Source of the DNA: a bacterium
Lineage (GTDB): Bacteria; Zhuqueibacterota; Zhuqueibacteria; Residuimicrobiales; Residuimicrobiaceae
Direction of reading: 5' to 3'
Assembly: GCA_035353815.1 (NCBI GenBank)
Contig: DAOQAG010000001.1
Span: 17,159 to 81,158 of the forward strand
DNA length: 64,000 nt
Within the stretch, counting starts at the first letter, position 1, and the number at the start of each line of letters is the position of its first letter. The position numbers were made by a program, and so were the translations under genes. Shown piece after piece: positions 8,393 to 17,777 of the stretch. The notes beneath the pieces were generated by a model that made no database searches, had not been told where the DNA came from, and worked only from the letters and a program-made list of their open reading frames with translations.

Positions 8393-10765
8393 TCAGTCGG
8401 GCCGCAGCTCCACCACGGTCACCCCGCTGTTTCCTTCGTTCCAGTTGCCGAGGCGAGCCGCCGAGACCCGTGGGTGGTCACGCAGGAACCGGCCGATGGA
8501 GGCGCGCAGGGCTCCGGTCCCCTTGCCATGGATGATCCGCACCTCGGTAAAGCCGGCTATGACCGCCTCATCGAGGTAGCGTTCGACGCGCTCGATCGCC
8601 TCCTCGGCGCGCAAGCCGCGCAGATCCACTTCATGGCGCACCGTCTCGGTCTCATCGAGCGCAATGTGGGTGCCGCCCTGCCGCCGCAGCTCGCGGCGGC
8701 TTACCTTCTGCAGTTCCCCGAGGGGAGCCTTGATCTTGATCCCCTCGACGCGCACCAGCACCCGTCCCTGCTGGTCGGGTTCCGAAACCACCTCGCCGAC
8801 GCTGCTCATCTTCACCCAGCGTACCGCATCGCCATTGCGCACCGGGCCCGGTTCCACCCTCTCCGCCGGCGCGGCAATGACCTCCCGGGTCTGTTCCAGC
8901 ACCGCCTCGACCTGGTGCCGTTGCGCCTCCAGGGCCTGCTTGGCCGCCCGGATGGTTTCGGTCCGGGCCTGGTTTTCGCGGATCTCGCGGATCGTCTGTT
9001 CGACGGTGGTGTTGGTCTGGCGCAGGATCTCCTCCGCTTCAGCCGCCGCCTTGCGTTTGAGGGCCTTTTCCTCACGGTGCAGCGCGTCGCTGCGTTCCTG
9101 ATACAACTGGGCCAGGCCGCGGTATTCGCTTTCCCGCAGGTCCGCTGCACGGCCGGCCTCGTTGAAATGCTGGATCTTGCTCTCCAGCTCGAGGATCAAG
9201 CCCTCGAGGCGGTCCTTTTGCGCTCCGACCAGCTCCTGCGCCCGGCCGATCAAGGCGGGGGTGAGTCCCATCCGTCCGGCGATTTCAAAGGCATAGCTCG
9301 AGCCGGGGATGCCGGAGCGGAACCGGTAGGTGGGCCGGAGGGTCTCGACATCGAAGGCCATCGAGCCGTTCTCCACGCCCGGGGTCCGGTAGGCGAAGGC
9401 CTTGAGGGCGCTCTGGTGGGTGGTCGCCAGGGTCAGAACCCGGCGTGCGGTGAGCTCTTCGAGGATGGCCATGGCGAGGGCGGAACCCTCTTCGGGATCG
9501 GTGCCGGCGCCGATCTCGTCGATCAGGACCAGGCTGCCGGTCTCGGCGGCGGCGACGATCGCTTTCAGGCTGGCAAGGTGGGAGGAGAAGGTGGAGAGAT
9601 CGTTATCGATCGACTGCTGGTCGCCGATGCTGGCAAAAACCTGCGGGATGACGCCGATGCGGGAGTGCGGCAGGGCCGGGATGTGCAAACCGCTGCGGGC
9701 CATCAGGGTGAGCAGGCCCACCGTCTTGAGCGCCACGGTCTTGCCGCCGGCATTGGGGCCGCTGATGATGATCGAGCAGTGGTTTTCCCCAAGGGTAATG
9801 TCCAGGGGCACGACTTCCTTCTCGCCCATACGCAGCACCAGCAGGGGGTGGCGGCCGCCGGCAATTTGCAGGAGCGGCGCCTCCGCCAACTCCGGAGCAT
9901 GGGCATTGAGGCGCCGCGAAAAGACCCCCTGGGCATAGAGCTGGTCGATCTGGCCAAGCAGATCGAGATTCCTCTCGAGCACCGGCAGGGCTTCACGCAA
10001 CAGGTCGGCGAGACGGCGCAGGATCCGCTCCACTTCGCGGGCCTCCTCGGCCTGCAGCTCGCGGATGCGGTTGTTATCCTCCAGCGACTCCAGCGGCTCC
10101 ACAAAGAGGCTCGAACCGCTCGCCGATTGATCCAGGACCAGGCCGCGAACCTTGCGCTTGTACTCCTCCTTGACCATCAGCACCAGCCGGCCGTTGCGGA
10201 CCGTAACGATGTTCTCCTGGAGTACGCCTTGCCCGGCCAGCGACCGCAGCATCGCCTCGATGCGCTGGCGGGCCTGGTTTTGCGCTCGCGCCAGCTGTTT
10301 GCGCAATCCCGCCAGTTCAGGTGATGCCTCATCCTTGATCAGCAGGGTGTTCTCGTCGACGCAGCGGCGGATCTCCTTTTCAATCGCCTCCCGCGCCACC
10401 AGCTGTGCCGTGATGTGGTGCAAGTGGGGGGTCTTCTCCCGGCGTGCGGCAAAATAGGCGAGCAGCCGACGCGCTGCGGCGAGGGTTTGCTGGACGCGGA
10501 TGAGTTCTTCCGGAGGCAGATAGCTGCCGCCAATGCGCAGGCTTTTGAGGTGCGGCGCGAGGTCGTGAATGCCCTCCATGGGAAGCGCCTGATCGTAGTC
10601 GAGGAGATCGCGCATCTCGGTGGTCTGCGCCATACGCTCGGCCAGAAGTGCCGGCGCGAGCGGTTCGAGGGCGAGGGCGCGGCGATGACCCAGATCGGAG
10701 CTGGCGCATTCGGCCAGCTTTTCGCGCACCCGGTCAAATTCGAGGGTGATGAACGTGGAGATCAT
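8393..10765 (-). CDS. mutS2: Endonuclease MutS2 (MutS domains plus a C-terminal Smr domain)
   Basis: Walker A 'ISGPNAGGKTVALKT', 'LVLIDEIGAGTDPEEG', and the C-terminal Smr 'VDLRGLRAEEAIERVERYLDEAVIAGFTEVRIIHGKGTGALR'. Confidence 0.9.
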   Translation of the reverse strand: MISTFITLEFDRVREKLAECASSDLGHRRALALEPLAPALLAERMAQTTEMRDLLDYDQALPMEGIHDLAPHLKSLRIGGSYLPPEELIRVQQTLAAARRLLAYFAARREKTPHLHHITAQLVAREAIEKEIRRCVDENTLLIKDEASPELAGLRKQLARAQNQARQRIEAMLRSLAGQGVLQENIVTVRNGRLVLMVKEEYKRKVRGLVLDQSASGSSLFVEPLESLEDNNRIRELQAEEAREVERILRRLADLLREALPVLERNLDLLGQIDQLYAQGVFSRRLNAHAPELAEAPLLQIAGGRHPLLVLRMGEKEVVPLDITLGENHCSIIISGPNAGGKTVALKTVGLLTLMARSGLHIPALPHSRIGVIPQVFASIGDQQSIDNDLSTFSSHLASLKAIVAAAETGSLVLIDEIGAGTDPEEGSALAMAILEELTARRVLTLATTHQSALKAFAYRTPGVENGSMAFDVETLRPTYRFRSGIPGSSYAFEIAGRMGLTPALIGRAQELVGAQKDRLEGLILELESKIQHFNEAGRAADLRESEYRGLAQLYQERSDALHREEKALKRKAAAEAEEILRQTNTTVEQTIREIRENQARTETIRAAKQALEAQRHQVEAVLEQTREVIAAPAERVEPGPVRNGDAVRWVKMSSVGEVVSEPDQQGRVLVRVEGIKIKAPLGELQKVSRRELRRQGGTHIALDETETVRHEVDLRGLRAEEAIERVERYLDEAVIAGFTEVRIIHGKGTGALRASIGRFLRDHPRVSAARLGNWNEGNSGVTVVELRPD

Positions 10766-11286
10766 TGCCGCGACGCTTCCCCCTGTGAGGAATCGCCGGC
10801 GCCGCGAGCGGGGGGCATGACCTTGTCAACGACAAGCTGGGCGAAACGGGACATATGCGGGAAAAGTGAGGAACGTTGCTGATACTCCTCGAGACGCGCG
10901 CCGAGATCGAGGCTGTTGATGGCCAGGGCGATGATGCTGATGATGAAGGCGCCGCGAACAAAACCGATCAGGCCGCCGCCGAATTTGTCGAGCATGCCTT
11001 GGCCTTTATCGCCCACCATTTTTTTCAGCATGTAGCCGAATGCACGGAAGCCGAGGTGCGTGCCCAGCAGTGCAATGATAAAACCGCTGACCTTGGTGGG
11101 AACCACCTTGATGGCGGGGAGCAAGTTCTCCGCGGTGGCGCCGGCCCAGCCTCCGTACTTGAGCGCCACCAGGGCCGCAATGAGCCAGCCGGTCAGGCCG
11201 ATCAGTTCCTTGGCCATGCCGGTTTTTGCCCCCTGATAGACAAACCAGATCAGGGCGGCGATGATGATGAGATCGAACGGGCTCAT
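10762..11286 (-). CDS. cvpA: CvpA-family membrane protein (colicin V production protein-like)
   Basis: 'MSPFDLIIIAALIWFVYQGAKTGMAKELIGLTGWLIAALVAL'. It overlaps the mutS2 start by 4 nt (ATGA). Confidence 0.75.
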   Translation of the reverse strand: MSPFDLIIIAALIWFVYQGAKTGMAKELIGLTGWLIAALVALKYGGWAGATAENLLPAIKVVPTKVSGFIIALLGTHLGFRAFGYMLKKMVGDKGQGMLDKFGGGLIGFVRGAFIISIIALAINSLDLGARLEEYQQRSSLFPHMSRFAQLVVDKVMPPARGAGDSSQGEASRQ

Positions 11287-11379
11287 TCTCAGGTCCTGTT
11301 GTGCCGCTATAAAAAAAGTGAATAAAGCGCCCAGGGTGAGACGCTCTATCCACTCAATTCAGTTGCAGAAATCCGACCG

Positions 11380-11826
11380 CTACAGATTCAATTTCCGGCG
11401 TACCATTTCGTTGACCATCTTGCCGTCGGCTCTCCCCTTGGTCTGGCTCATGACCAGGGGCATCACTTTACCGATGTCCCGGATCGTCTGGGCGCCCGTT
11501 TCCGCAATGGCCCGGTCGATGATGGCTTCGACTTCGGCGGCGTCCATGGCCGCAGGGAGATAGCCCTGGATAACGGCCAGCTCGGCTTCTTCCTTGGCGG
11601 CAAGATCGAGGCGGCCGGCATCCTGGTAGGCTTGAATGGCTTCACGGCGTTTTTTGGCGGCGTTGGCAAGGACACTCCGTTCCTCATCCTCGGTCAGGTC
11701 AGCGCGCTTGTCGATCGCAGCGTCCTTGATCTGGCCACGCAGCAGGCGAATCGTGCCAAGACGCACGGCTTCCCCTGACTTCATGGCCGTCTTCATATCT
11801 TCGGTGAGCTGGTCAAGAAGAGTCAT
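11380..11826 (-). CDS. yqeY: GatB/YqeY-domain protein
   Basis: Full-length match to the YqeY family: '...AMKSGEAVRLGTIRLLRGQIKDAAIDKRADLTEDEERSVL...'. Confidence 0.8.
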   Translation of the reverse strand: MTLLDQLTEDMKTAMKSGEAVRLGTIRLLRGQIKDAAIDKRADLTEDEERSVLANAAKKRREAIQAYQDAGRLDLAAKEEAELAVIQGYLPAAMDAAEVEAIIDRAIAETGAQTIRDIGKVMPLVMSQTKGRADGKMVNEMVRRKLNL

Positions 11827-11866
11827 GGTAGTTCCAACACGCCAAAAACGCAGGTTACTTGCTGAT

Positions 11867-12061
11867 TTAGCGTTCCATCATCTGCAGCTTGCGCATCTTG
11901 CGACGCGCCGCATTGAGCTTACGTTTGCGTCTTTCGCTCGGTTTCTCAAAGTGCTGATGTTTTTTGATATCAGACATCAAGCCTGCTTTTTCGCAAGCCT
12001 TGGTAAAACGCTTTAAAGCTCTTTCGAAGGGTTCGTTTTCACGAATGCGAACTCCCGGCAT
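11867..12061 (-). CDS. rpsU: 30S ribosomal protein S21
   Basis: A 64-aa basic protein: 'MPGVRIRENEPFERALKRFTKACEKAGLMSDIKKHQHFEKPSERRKRK'. Confidence 0.9.
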   Translation of the reverse strand: MPGVRIRENEPFERALKRFTKACEKAGLMSDIKKHQHFEKPSERRKRKLNAARRKMRKLQMMER

Positions 12062-12284
12062 TCAGAAATCAACCTCCTTTCTGATCGATTTTTTGGACTT
12101 CATTGGGAAATTTAAGAAAAAACAAGCATAGAAGCAAGGAGTTTTTCGCTCTTTCGCAGAGTCCCGCCCGGATGGCAAAATGGCTGGCAGTGCGCTTTTT
12201 TATTGCTTTGTTCACGATTTTGATGTATCCTATAGGGCGGGATCGCCCGAATGGTCCATGTCTGCATCATTACACGGAGGGAGT

Positions 12285-12620
12285 ATGCTCAAGAAAATCC
12301 TGCTGGTCATCCTCATCCTGTTGCTCGCCGGCGTCGCTTACCTCTTTGTCAACAAGGATAAAATTGCGCGCATGGCCGTGGAAAAAAGTGTGCCCCTGAT
12401 CGAATCCTCGCTGCTCGAAAATATCCCCACCGATGTCAACAAAGAGGAGGTCAAGGAGGTCTTTGCCCGCGTTGACAGCCGGATCAAGGAGGGCAAGATC
12501 GATTTTGTGCAAATGCAGGGCCTCATCCTCAATTTCAGGGATGCCCTCAAGGATCAGAAGGTCGATTCGGCCGAGTTCCACAAGGTCTATGAATCAATGA
12601 AAAAACTCGCGGCCCAGTAG
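12285..12620 (+). CDS. Small membrane-anchored hypothetical protein
   Basis: The internal Met 'MLKKILLVILILLLAGVAYLF' is preceded by a GGAGGG RBS; the ORF's N-terminal extension from 12180 has no RBS. The gene is AT-rich locally and no family is recognised. Confidence 0.45.
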   Translation: MLKKILLVILILLLAGVAYLFVNKDKIARMAVEKSVPLIESSLLENIPTDVNKEEVKEVFARVDSRIKEGKIDFVQMQGLILNFRDALKDQKVDSAEFHKVYESMKKLAAQ

Positions 12621-12687
12621 CCGGCGCAGAAGGATTCCGGAATTGCCACATGCACCCCGCAGCGGCGAAATGGGGCCAGCCGGCCGC

Positions 12688-13686
12688 ATGACCGCCGCTG
12701 CAGCCGACAAGCCCGAACGCCTCCTTGTCTTCACGGTCTCGCCGGACCAGGAGAAAGAACGCCTTGACCTCTTCCTCGCCAACCGGCTGCCGGCGGTCAC
12801 CCGCGCCCGGATCAAACGCCTGATCGATGAGGGCGCTGTGACCGTCGATGGCATAGCCCGCAAGGCGGGACACCTCGTGCGCCCGGGAGAGGTCATCACG
12901 GTCTCCTTTCCTCCGGTCCAGTCCGAATCCGTCGCCCCCGAAGCGATCCCACTGGACATCGTCTACGAAGATGAACACCTCCTGGTCGTCAACAAGGAGG
13001 CCGGCATGGTGGTCCATCCCGCCTATGCCAATCTGAGTGGCACCCTGGTCAATGCCCTGCTCGCGCACTGCCGCAGACTCTCCAGCGTTGGCGGCGAGGC
13101 CCGCCCGGGACTGGTTCACCGCCTCGACAAGGAGACCTCCGGGCTGCTGGTGGTGGCCAAGGATGATCTGACCCATGTCGGCCTCGCCAGGCAGCTGGCC
13201 GAACGCAAGATGGAGCGCGAATATCGCGCCATCGTCTGGGGGCATCTGCGCCAGAAACAGGGCACCGTGCAGGCCGCGCTGCTGCGCAATCCCAAGGACC
13301 GCCTGCGCATGATGATCCACCCGGAGGGCAAGATGGCCGTCACCCATTACCGGGTGCTCGAGGAGCTGCCGCTCACCAGCTATCTGCAGCTCAATCTCGA
13401 GACCGGGCGCACGCATCAGATCCGCGTACATATGGCCAGCCTCGGCAACCCCGTCTTCGCGGATGCGACCTATGGCGGACGTTCCGGCCAGCTCGCCGGC
13501 CTCAATCACGAGAAAACGCAGCTCGGCCTGCAGTTGCTCAAGCGCTACACGCGGCAGATGCTCCATGCGCGGACGCTGGCCTTTGTTCACCCGGTCACCG
13601 GGGAATTGCAGCGCTTCGAGAGCGCTATCCCCGCCGACATGCAGGCCCTGCTCGACGAGCTGCATCGCTATCAAGCCGCCGAGTGA
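12688..13686 (+). CDS. rluD: RluA-family 23S rRNA pseudouridine synthase (RluD-like; S4 domain plus catalytic domain)
   Basis: S4 domain 'RLDLFLANRLPAVTRARIKRLIDEGAVTVDG', catalytic 'HRLDKETSGLLVVAKDD' and 'HQIRVHMASLGNPVFADATYG'. The start is uncertain (12643, 12670 or 12688). Confidence 0.85.
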   Translation: MTAAAADKPERLLVFTVSPDQEKERLDLFLANRLPAVTRARIKRLIDEGAVTVDGIARKAGHLVRPGEVITVSFPPVQSESVAPEAIPLDIVYEDEHLLVVNKEAGMVVHPAYANLSGTLVNALLAHCRRLSSVGGEARPGLVHRLDKETSGLLVVAKDDLTHVGLARQLAERKMEREYRAIVWGHLRQKQGTVQAALLRNPKDRLRMMIHPEGKMAVTHYRVLEELPLTSYLQLNLETGRTHQIRVHMASLGNPVFADATYGGRSGQLAGLNHEKTQLGLQLLKRYTRQMLHARTLAFVHPVTGELQRFESAIPADMQALLDELHRYQAAE

Positions 13687-13768
13687 AAACTTTTCCGCCC
13701 ATTGCACGTACAAGAGAGAACCGGGCCAGCTGCGTCGCCCGATCCCAAGGTCCTATCAGGAGGAGTGT

Positions 13769-14626
13769 ATGAAAAAAATGGCCGTGCTTGCGCCGCTGCT
13801 CTGGCTCTTTCTGGGCAGCGCCCAGGCGGAAACCGTCACCCTCGACAAGACCATCAAGGCCGGCGGGGAAATGACCCTCTCGTTCCGCTGCGACGGTGGC
13901 AAGGTCGAGATCTTCCGTAACGAAGAGAGTGATTGCCACGTCTGGGTCGAATATGACCAGCAACGCTGCCGGACCGACCTTAATTATGATGACGACACCC
14001 GGACCCTGGAGCTCTTTATCGACCATGACAACTGGGAGATGACCAAAAAGAGCGGCGACGAGAAATCGAAATATGCCCGGGTGCGCATCGGCCTGCCGCC
14101 CAAGGCCGATCTCAACCTCGACCTGGTGATCAAGGCCGGCGAGCTCACCATGACGCTGGGTGATCTCCACATCCAAAGCCTCGAGGTGCGCAGCTACGCC
14201 GGCGAGAGCCATATCGACTTCGACAAGCCCAACCGCTGCGAAATGAAAACCTTCGATGTCGATTTCAAGGTCGGCAAGGTCCAGCTCATCAACCTGGGCA
14301 ACGCTGACTTTTCCGAAGCCGATATCAACAGCAGCGTCGGCGAAATGACCATCGATTTCAACGGCGAAAAGATCCGCCATGCCATGGCCCGCGTGGACCT
14401 GGAGATCGGCGAGACCACCATCATCGTCCCGGAGGAGATCGGCGTCAAGATCAAGGTTTCCAAATTCCTCTTCCTCTCCAACGTCGATTATCCCAACTGG
14501 TTCACCCAGGAGGGCTCCTATTACTACTCGCGCAACTATGACAAGGAAAAGAATTCGCTCTACCTGGTCGTCTCCACCGGCATCGGCGCGCTCAAGATAC
14601 GTGTCGACAAAGGGGAGGCGCACTAG
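13769..14626 (+). CDS. Secreted hypothetical beta-rich protein (possibly of the DUF4097/GIN-like putative adhesin type)
   Basis: ATG at 13769 with an AGGAGG RBS 6 nt upstream, and signal peptide 'MKKMAVLAPLLWLFLGSAQA'. The rest has a repetitive Asp/Gly beta-strand pattern. The 5' part of the ORF (13463-13768) is spurious. Confidence 0.5.
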   Translation: MKKMAVLAPLLWLFLGSAQAETVTLDKTIKAGGEMTLSFRCDGGKVEIFRNEESDCHVWVEYDQQRCRTDLNYDDDTRTLELFIDHDNWEMTKKSGDEKSKYARVRIGLPPKADLNLDLVIKAGELTMTLGDLHIQSLEVRSYAGESHIDFDKPNRCEMKTFDVDFKVGKVQLINLGNADFSEADINSSVGEMTIDFNGEKIRHAMARVDLEIGETTIIVPEEIGVKIKVSKFLFLSNVDYPNWFTQEGSYYYSRNYDKEKNSLYLVVSTGIGALKIRVDKGEAH

Positions 14627-14671
14627 ATCCTGCCGATGCGCGTCAATCCCATAACTGCAGGAATACACCCC

Positions 14672-17374
14672 ATGCTCACGCTCATTCTTCTGGTTCTCCT
14701 CTCCGCCGCTGCCGCCTTTGCCCAGGGTGATGTGTATCTGGTTTACGGCTCCGATACCAGTGTCTGGGAGGGTCTCGACGTCAACACCTTCGTCTGCCAT
14801 TACAAACCCGAGACCTATTCCAGTCCCGCCAGCAACGCGGCCCTGGTCATCGATCCGGCTTTCCGCGCCAACCTGCTCGATTCCGACAAGCGGCCGCTCC
14901 CCCTCACCTGGTGGATGCATGGCGGCAATGTCTTCCGCTATGCCGACAATTGCGATGTGCCCCTCGCCAATACCTACGCGCTGCACCTCATGAAACGCTA
15001 TCACGGTCAGGCCATCGCCCGCGTCGGTGATGAATTGACGCTTCATTACCATACCTGGGACTGGACCGATGAGAACGGCGACGGCCACTATTACTGGAAC
15101 CAGGCGCAGCACTTCAGTCAATGCCGTGCGGACTTTGACCTCACCCTCTGTCACTATCTGCTGGAGGAGGAGGTCTTTCCGGTCTCCTTCCGCAGCGGCT
15201 GGCACTACATGGATAATGACTGGCAGAATTACCTCAACGAGCTGCTCCCCTTCAGCCTGGACGATGCCTGGCCAGAAAAACGCCTCCAGGATGATGAACC
15301 CACCGACAATATCTACGACTGGTCACAGGCCTCCTCGGAGTGGGTACCCTTTCACCCCTCGCCGGAAAACTATCAACTCCCGGGCACAGGCCGGGGCTGG
15401 AACGTGCGCTGCATCTATATGAACAGTCTCAGCCAGACGACGGTGGACCGGATGTTCGCCAATGCGGCCGCCGGTACCGACCAGCTGGCCTGCTTATGGT
15501 CGCATTTGCCCGAGACCGACTTTCCCGACCAGATCCGCAACGCCTATGCCATGGTGGTTGCCGCCGCCAAACGCTACCCCAGCGTCCGCTTTCATCACAT
15601 GACCGCCGTCAGCGCCTATCAGGCCTGGTTGAAAACGCTGGATCATCAGGCCCCGGCACTGACTTTTACAGACCAGGGCGGCGAGGAACCGCTCTTCCTC
15701 ATCCAGACCGATGAGCCCATCTTCCAGAAGCAGCCCTTCGTCGCCATCAAGGATATCTACAACCACTACCAGATGGTGCCCTGCACCCCCATCGGAGTCC
15801 ACACCTGGCAGGCCGTGTCGCCGGTCAACCGGAGGCAGCTGGCCAAGGCGGGGGTCGCTCTGACCGATACGGTCGGCAACCAGAGCCTGCAGATCATCCG
15901 CTTTCTGCCGGATGATCTCTTTCTCGACAACACCTCCCCGGCCTATCGCGAGCTGGCCGGCCGGTTTACCACGATCAATGCCTATGCCTGGGGTACCGAT
16001 GCCCGTATGGCCCGTGTCGCCGCAGGCGACTCGGCCGTTATCCGCTATACCCTGTCGGTGGCTGAAAAAGGGCTCTATCAGCTTTTCTTCCAGTACGCGC
16101 CCGTGGAAGCGCCGGCCGACACCCTGACTCTGATCCTGGGCCAGTCGGGACGGCAGGAATGGCGCCGCGAGATTACCGGCCCCTGGAAAGCAAAACAATG
16201 GCAGCACGCAGTCACCTGCGAACTGGATCCTGCGGCTGCACCGGCGCTCTACCTGATCGCCCGGCCGCACGGTACTGCCCCACGCAGCCTCTGCGTGGAT
16301 GCGATTAAAATCACACCGCTCATCCCCGATCGCATGATGGCGATCTCGCCGCAGTTCCTCAACTTTGGCGAGGTCAGCCTCCTCACCCAGGCGGAGAAGA
16401 GCCTCGTGCTGCAGAATTCCGGCCGCGAGCCCCTGCACATCCACTCGATCTCCTGCCAGCAGGGCTTGTTCACCATCAGCCCGGCAGACGCCTTCGCAGT
16501 ACCCCCCTTCAGCGAAACCAGGCTGACCGTGCGCTTCTATACCACCCAGGCGGTCACCGCCGCCGATTCCCTGATCATCCTCAGCGATGATCCCCTCACC
16601 CCGCGCTTTGCCCTCCCGCTCACCGCACAGGCGAGCGCTTACTTTAGCGTGGTGGACAATTCGGACAGCACGGGCTATCGCGAGTATGGGGAGTGGCGCA
16701 CCTCGAACGCACAAGCCTGGGGCCCCAGCAGCCGCTACGTCAACCTTAGCGACGGCCAGGGCACCTTCGCCCAGTTCACGGGCCTTCTGCCCCGCTCCGG
16801 ACGCTACAGACTGGAGATCATCGTCCCCAAGACGGCCAATGCCAGCGACCATGCCCTCTACCGTATCCGTTGCGACGGCCAGGCCCTGGACTCGCTTTAC
16901 CTCGATCAGAACAGCAACAGCGGCACCTGGGTGCCTCTGGGTGAGTATGATCTGCCCGCCAACGTTCCGGTCCTGGTGCAAGTGATCCACGCCGGCGGTC
17001 AGAGCACGGGCACGGTGCTGCGCGCCGATGCCATCCGCTTCACCCTCCTCGGCGGCGGCAGCGGCATGGCCCGGCGGGAGTCGGATGCGTTGCCGGATGA
17101 AGCCCGGCTCTATACGGCCTATCCCAATCCCTTCAACGCCTCCACCGTGCTCCGTTTTGTGCTGCCGGCCGCGGGGGATGTCCATCTCGACCTCTATGAT
17201 ATTCAGGGGCGGCGTGTGCGCACTCTGCTTGCCGCCAGCATCGCCTCAGGTGAGCATGAGGTATCCTGGGATGGCAAGGATAACGCGGGCCATCAGGCGG
17301 CTTCCGGGCTCTATTTTGCCGTGTTTTTGGGCAAGGACTTTTTCCTCTCAAACCGCCTGTTTCTGATCCGATAA
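14672..17374 (+). CDS. Large secreted T9SS cargo protein: N-terminal domain of uncertain (possibly carbohydrate-esterase/hydrolase-like) type, an ASH/PapD-like Ig domain and a T9SS C-terminal sorting domain
   Basis: Signal 'MLTLILLVLLSAAAAFAQ', the motif 'HYHTWDWTDENGDGHYYW', an ASH-like 'FGEVSLLTQAEKSLVLQNSGREPLHIHSISCQQGLFTIS', and the CTD 'YTAYPNPFNASTVLRFVLPAAGDVHLDLYDIQGRRVRTL ... SGLYFAVF ... RLFLIR'. Confidence 0.6.
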   Translation: MLTLILLVLLSAAAAFAQGDVYLVYGSDTSVWEGLDVNTFVCHYKPETYSSPASNAALVIDPAFRANLLDSDKRPLPLTWWMHGGNVFRYADNCDVPLANTYALHLMKRYHGQAIARVGDELTLHYHTWDWTDENGDGHYYWNQAQHFSQCRADFDLTLCHYLLEEEVFPVSFRSGWHYMDNDWQNYLNELLPFSLDDAWPEKRLQDDEPTDNIYDWSQASSEWVPFHPSPENYQLPGTGRGWNVRCIYMNSLSQTTVDRMFANAAAGTDQLACLWSHLPETDFPDQIRNAYAMVVAAAKRYPSVRFHHMTAVSAYQAWLKTLDHQAPALTFTDQGGEEPLFLIQTDEPIFQKQPFVAIKDIYNHYQMVPCTPIGVHTWQAVSPVNRRQLAKAGVALTDTVGNQSLQIIRFLPDDLFLDNTSPAYRELAGRFTTINAYAWGTDARMARVAAGDSAVIRYTLSVAEKGLYQLFFQYAPVEAPADTLTLILGQSGRQEWRREITGPWKAKQWQHAVTCELDPAAAPALYLIARPHGTAPRSLCVDAIKITPLIPDRMMAISPQFLNFGEVSLLTQAEKSLVLQNSGREPLHIHSISCQQGLFTISPADAFAVPPFSETRLTVRFYTTQAVTAADSLIILSDDPLTPRFALPLTAQASAYFSVVDNSDSTGYREYGEWRTSNAQAWGPSSRYVNLSDGQGTFAQFTGLLPRSGRYRLEIIVPKTANASDHALYRIRCDGQALDSLYLDQNSNSGTWVPLGEYDLPANVPVLVQVIHAGGQSTGTVLRADAIRFTLLGGGSGMARRESDALPDEARLYTAYPNPFNASTVLRFVLPAAGDVHLDLYDIQGRRVRTLLAASIASGEHEVSWDGKDNAGHQAASGLYFAVFLGKDFFLSNRLFLIR

Positions 17375-17399
17375 CCACCCTCTGGAAGGAGCTGCTCCC

Positions 17400-17681
17400 A
17401 TGAAATCCATCCCCTTTATCCTGCTGCTGGTGCTGCTGACCTTGCTCTTCACGGCCTGCGCTCCGGGCACAGGCAAGTATACGGCCGCCGGGCCGGCGGG
17501 CTTTTTAGCCGGTGTCTGGCACGGCTGGATCGCTCCGGTGACCCTGATCATCGGGCTCTTCGACAACGAAGTGCGCATCTATGAGCCTTTCAATCGCGGC
17601 TGGTGGTATGATTTCGGCTTTTACATCGCCGTGATCTCCGGTTTTGGCGGCCTCTCTCTGACGCGCCGCAAAAAAAACTGA
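17400..17681 (+). CDS. Small lipoprotein / membrane protein (hypothetical)
   Basis: Lipobox 'LLFTAC' and a following hydrophobic segment. The bidirectional terminator lies just downstream. Confidence 0.45.
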   Translation: MKSIPFILLLVLLTLLFTACAPGTGKYTAAGPAGFLAGVWHGWIAPVTLIIGLFDNEVRIYEPFNRGWWYDFGFYIAVISGFGGLSLTRRKKN

Positions 17682-17726
17682 CGGCCGTTCATCGCTGCGA
17701 CGGCTGCAAAGAGATCATGCATGCAT

Positions 17727-17761
17727 AAAAAAAGCCGGATGAAATTCATCCGGCTTTTTTT
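17727..17761. terminator. Bidirectional rho-independent terminator between convergent genes
   Basis: A-tract (7 A), stem GCCGGATG / CATCCGGC with a 5-nt loop, then T-tract (7 T). Confidence 0.75.
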
Positions 17762-17777
17762 ATGCCTCGCCTGCAGC

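Noticed and set aside
8255-10324. 689-aa plus-strand ORF
   Set aside because: It is antisense to mutS2, whose Walker A, Smr and other motifs are clear on the minus strand.
13463-13768. N-terminal 102 codons of ORF 13463..14626
   Set aside because: This stretch overlaps the 3' end of rluD in another frame and has no RBS. A strong AGGAGG-ATG plus a signal peptide at 13769 marks the real start.
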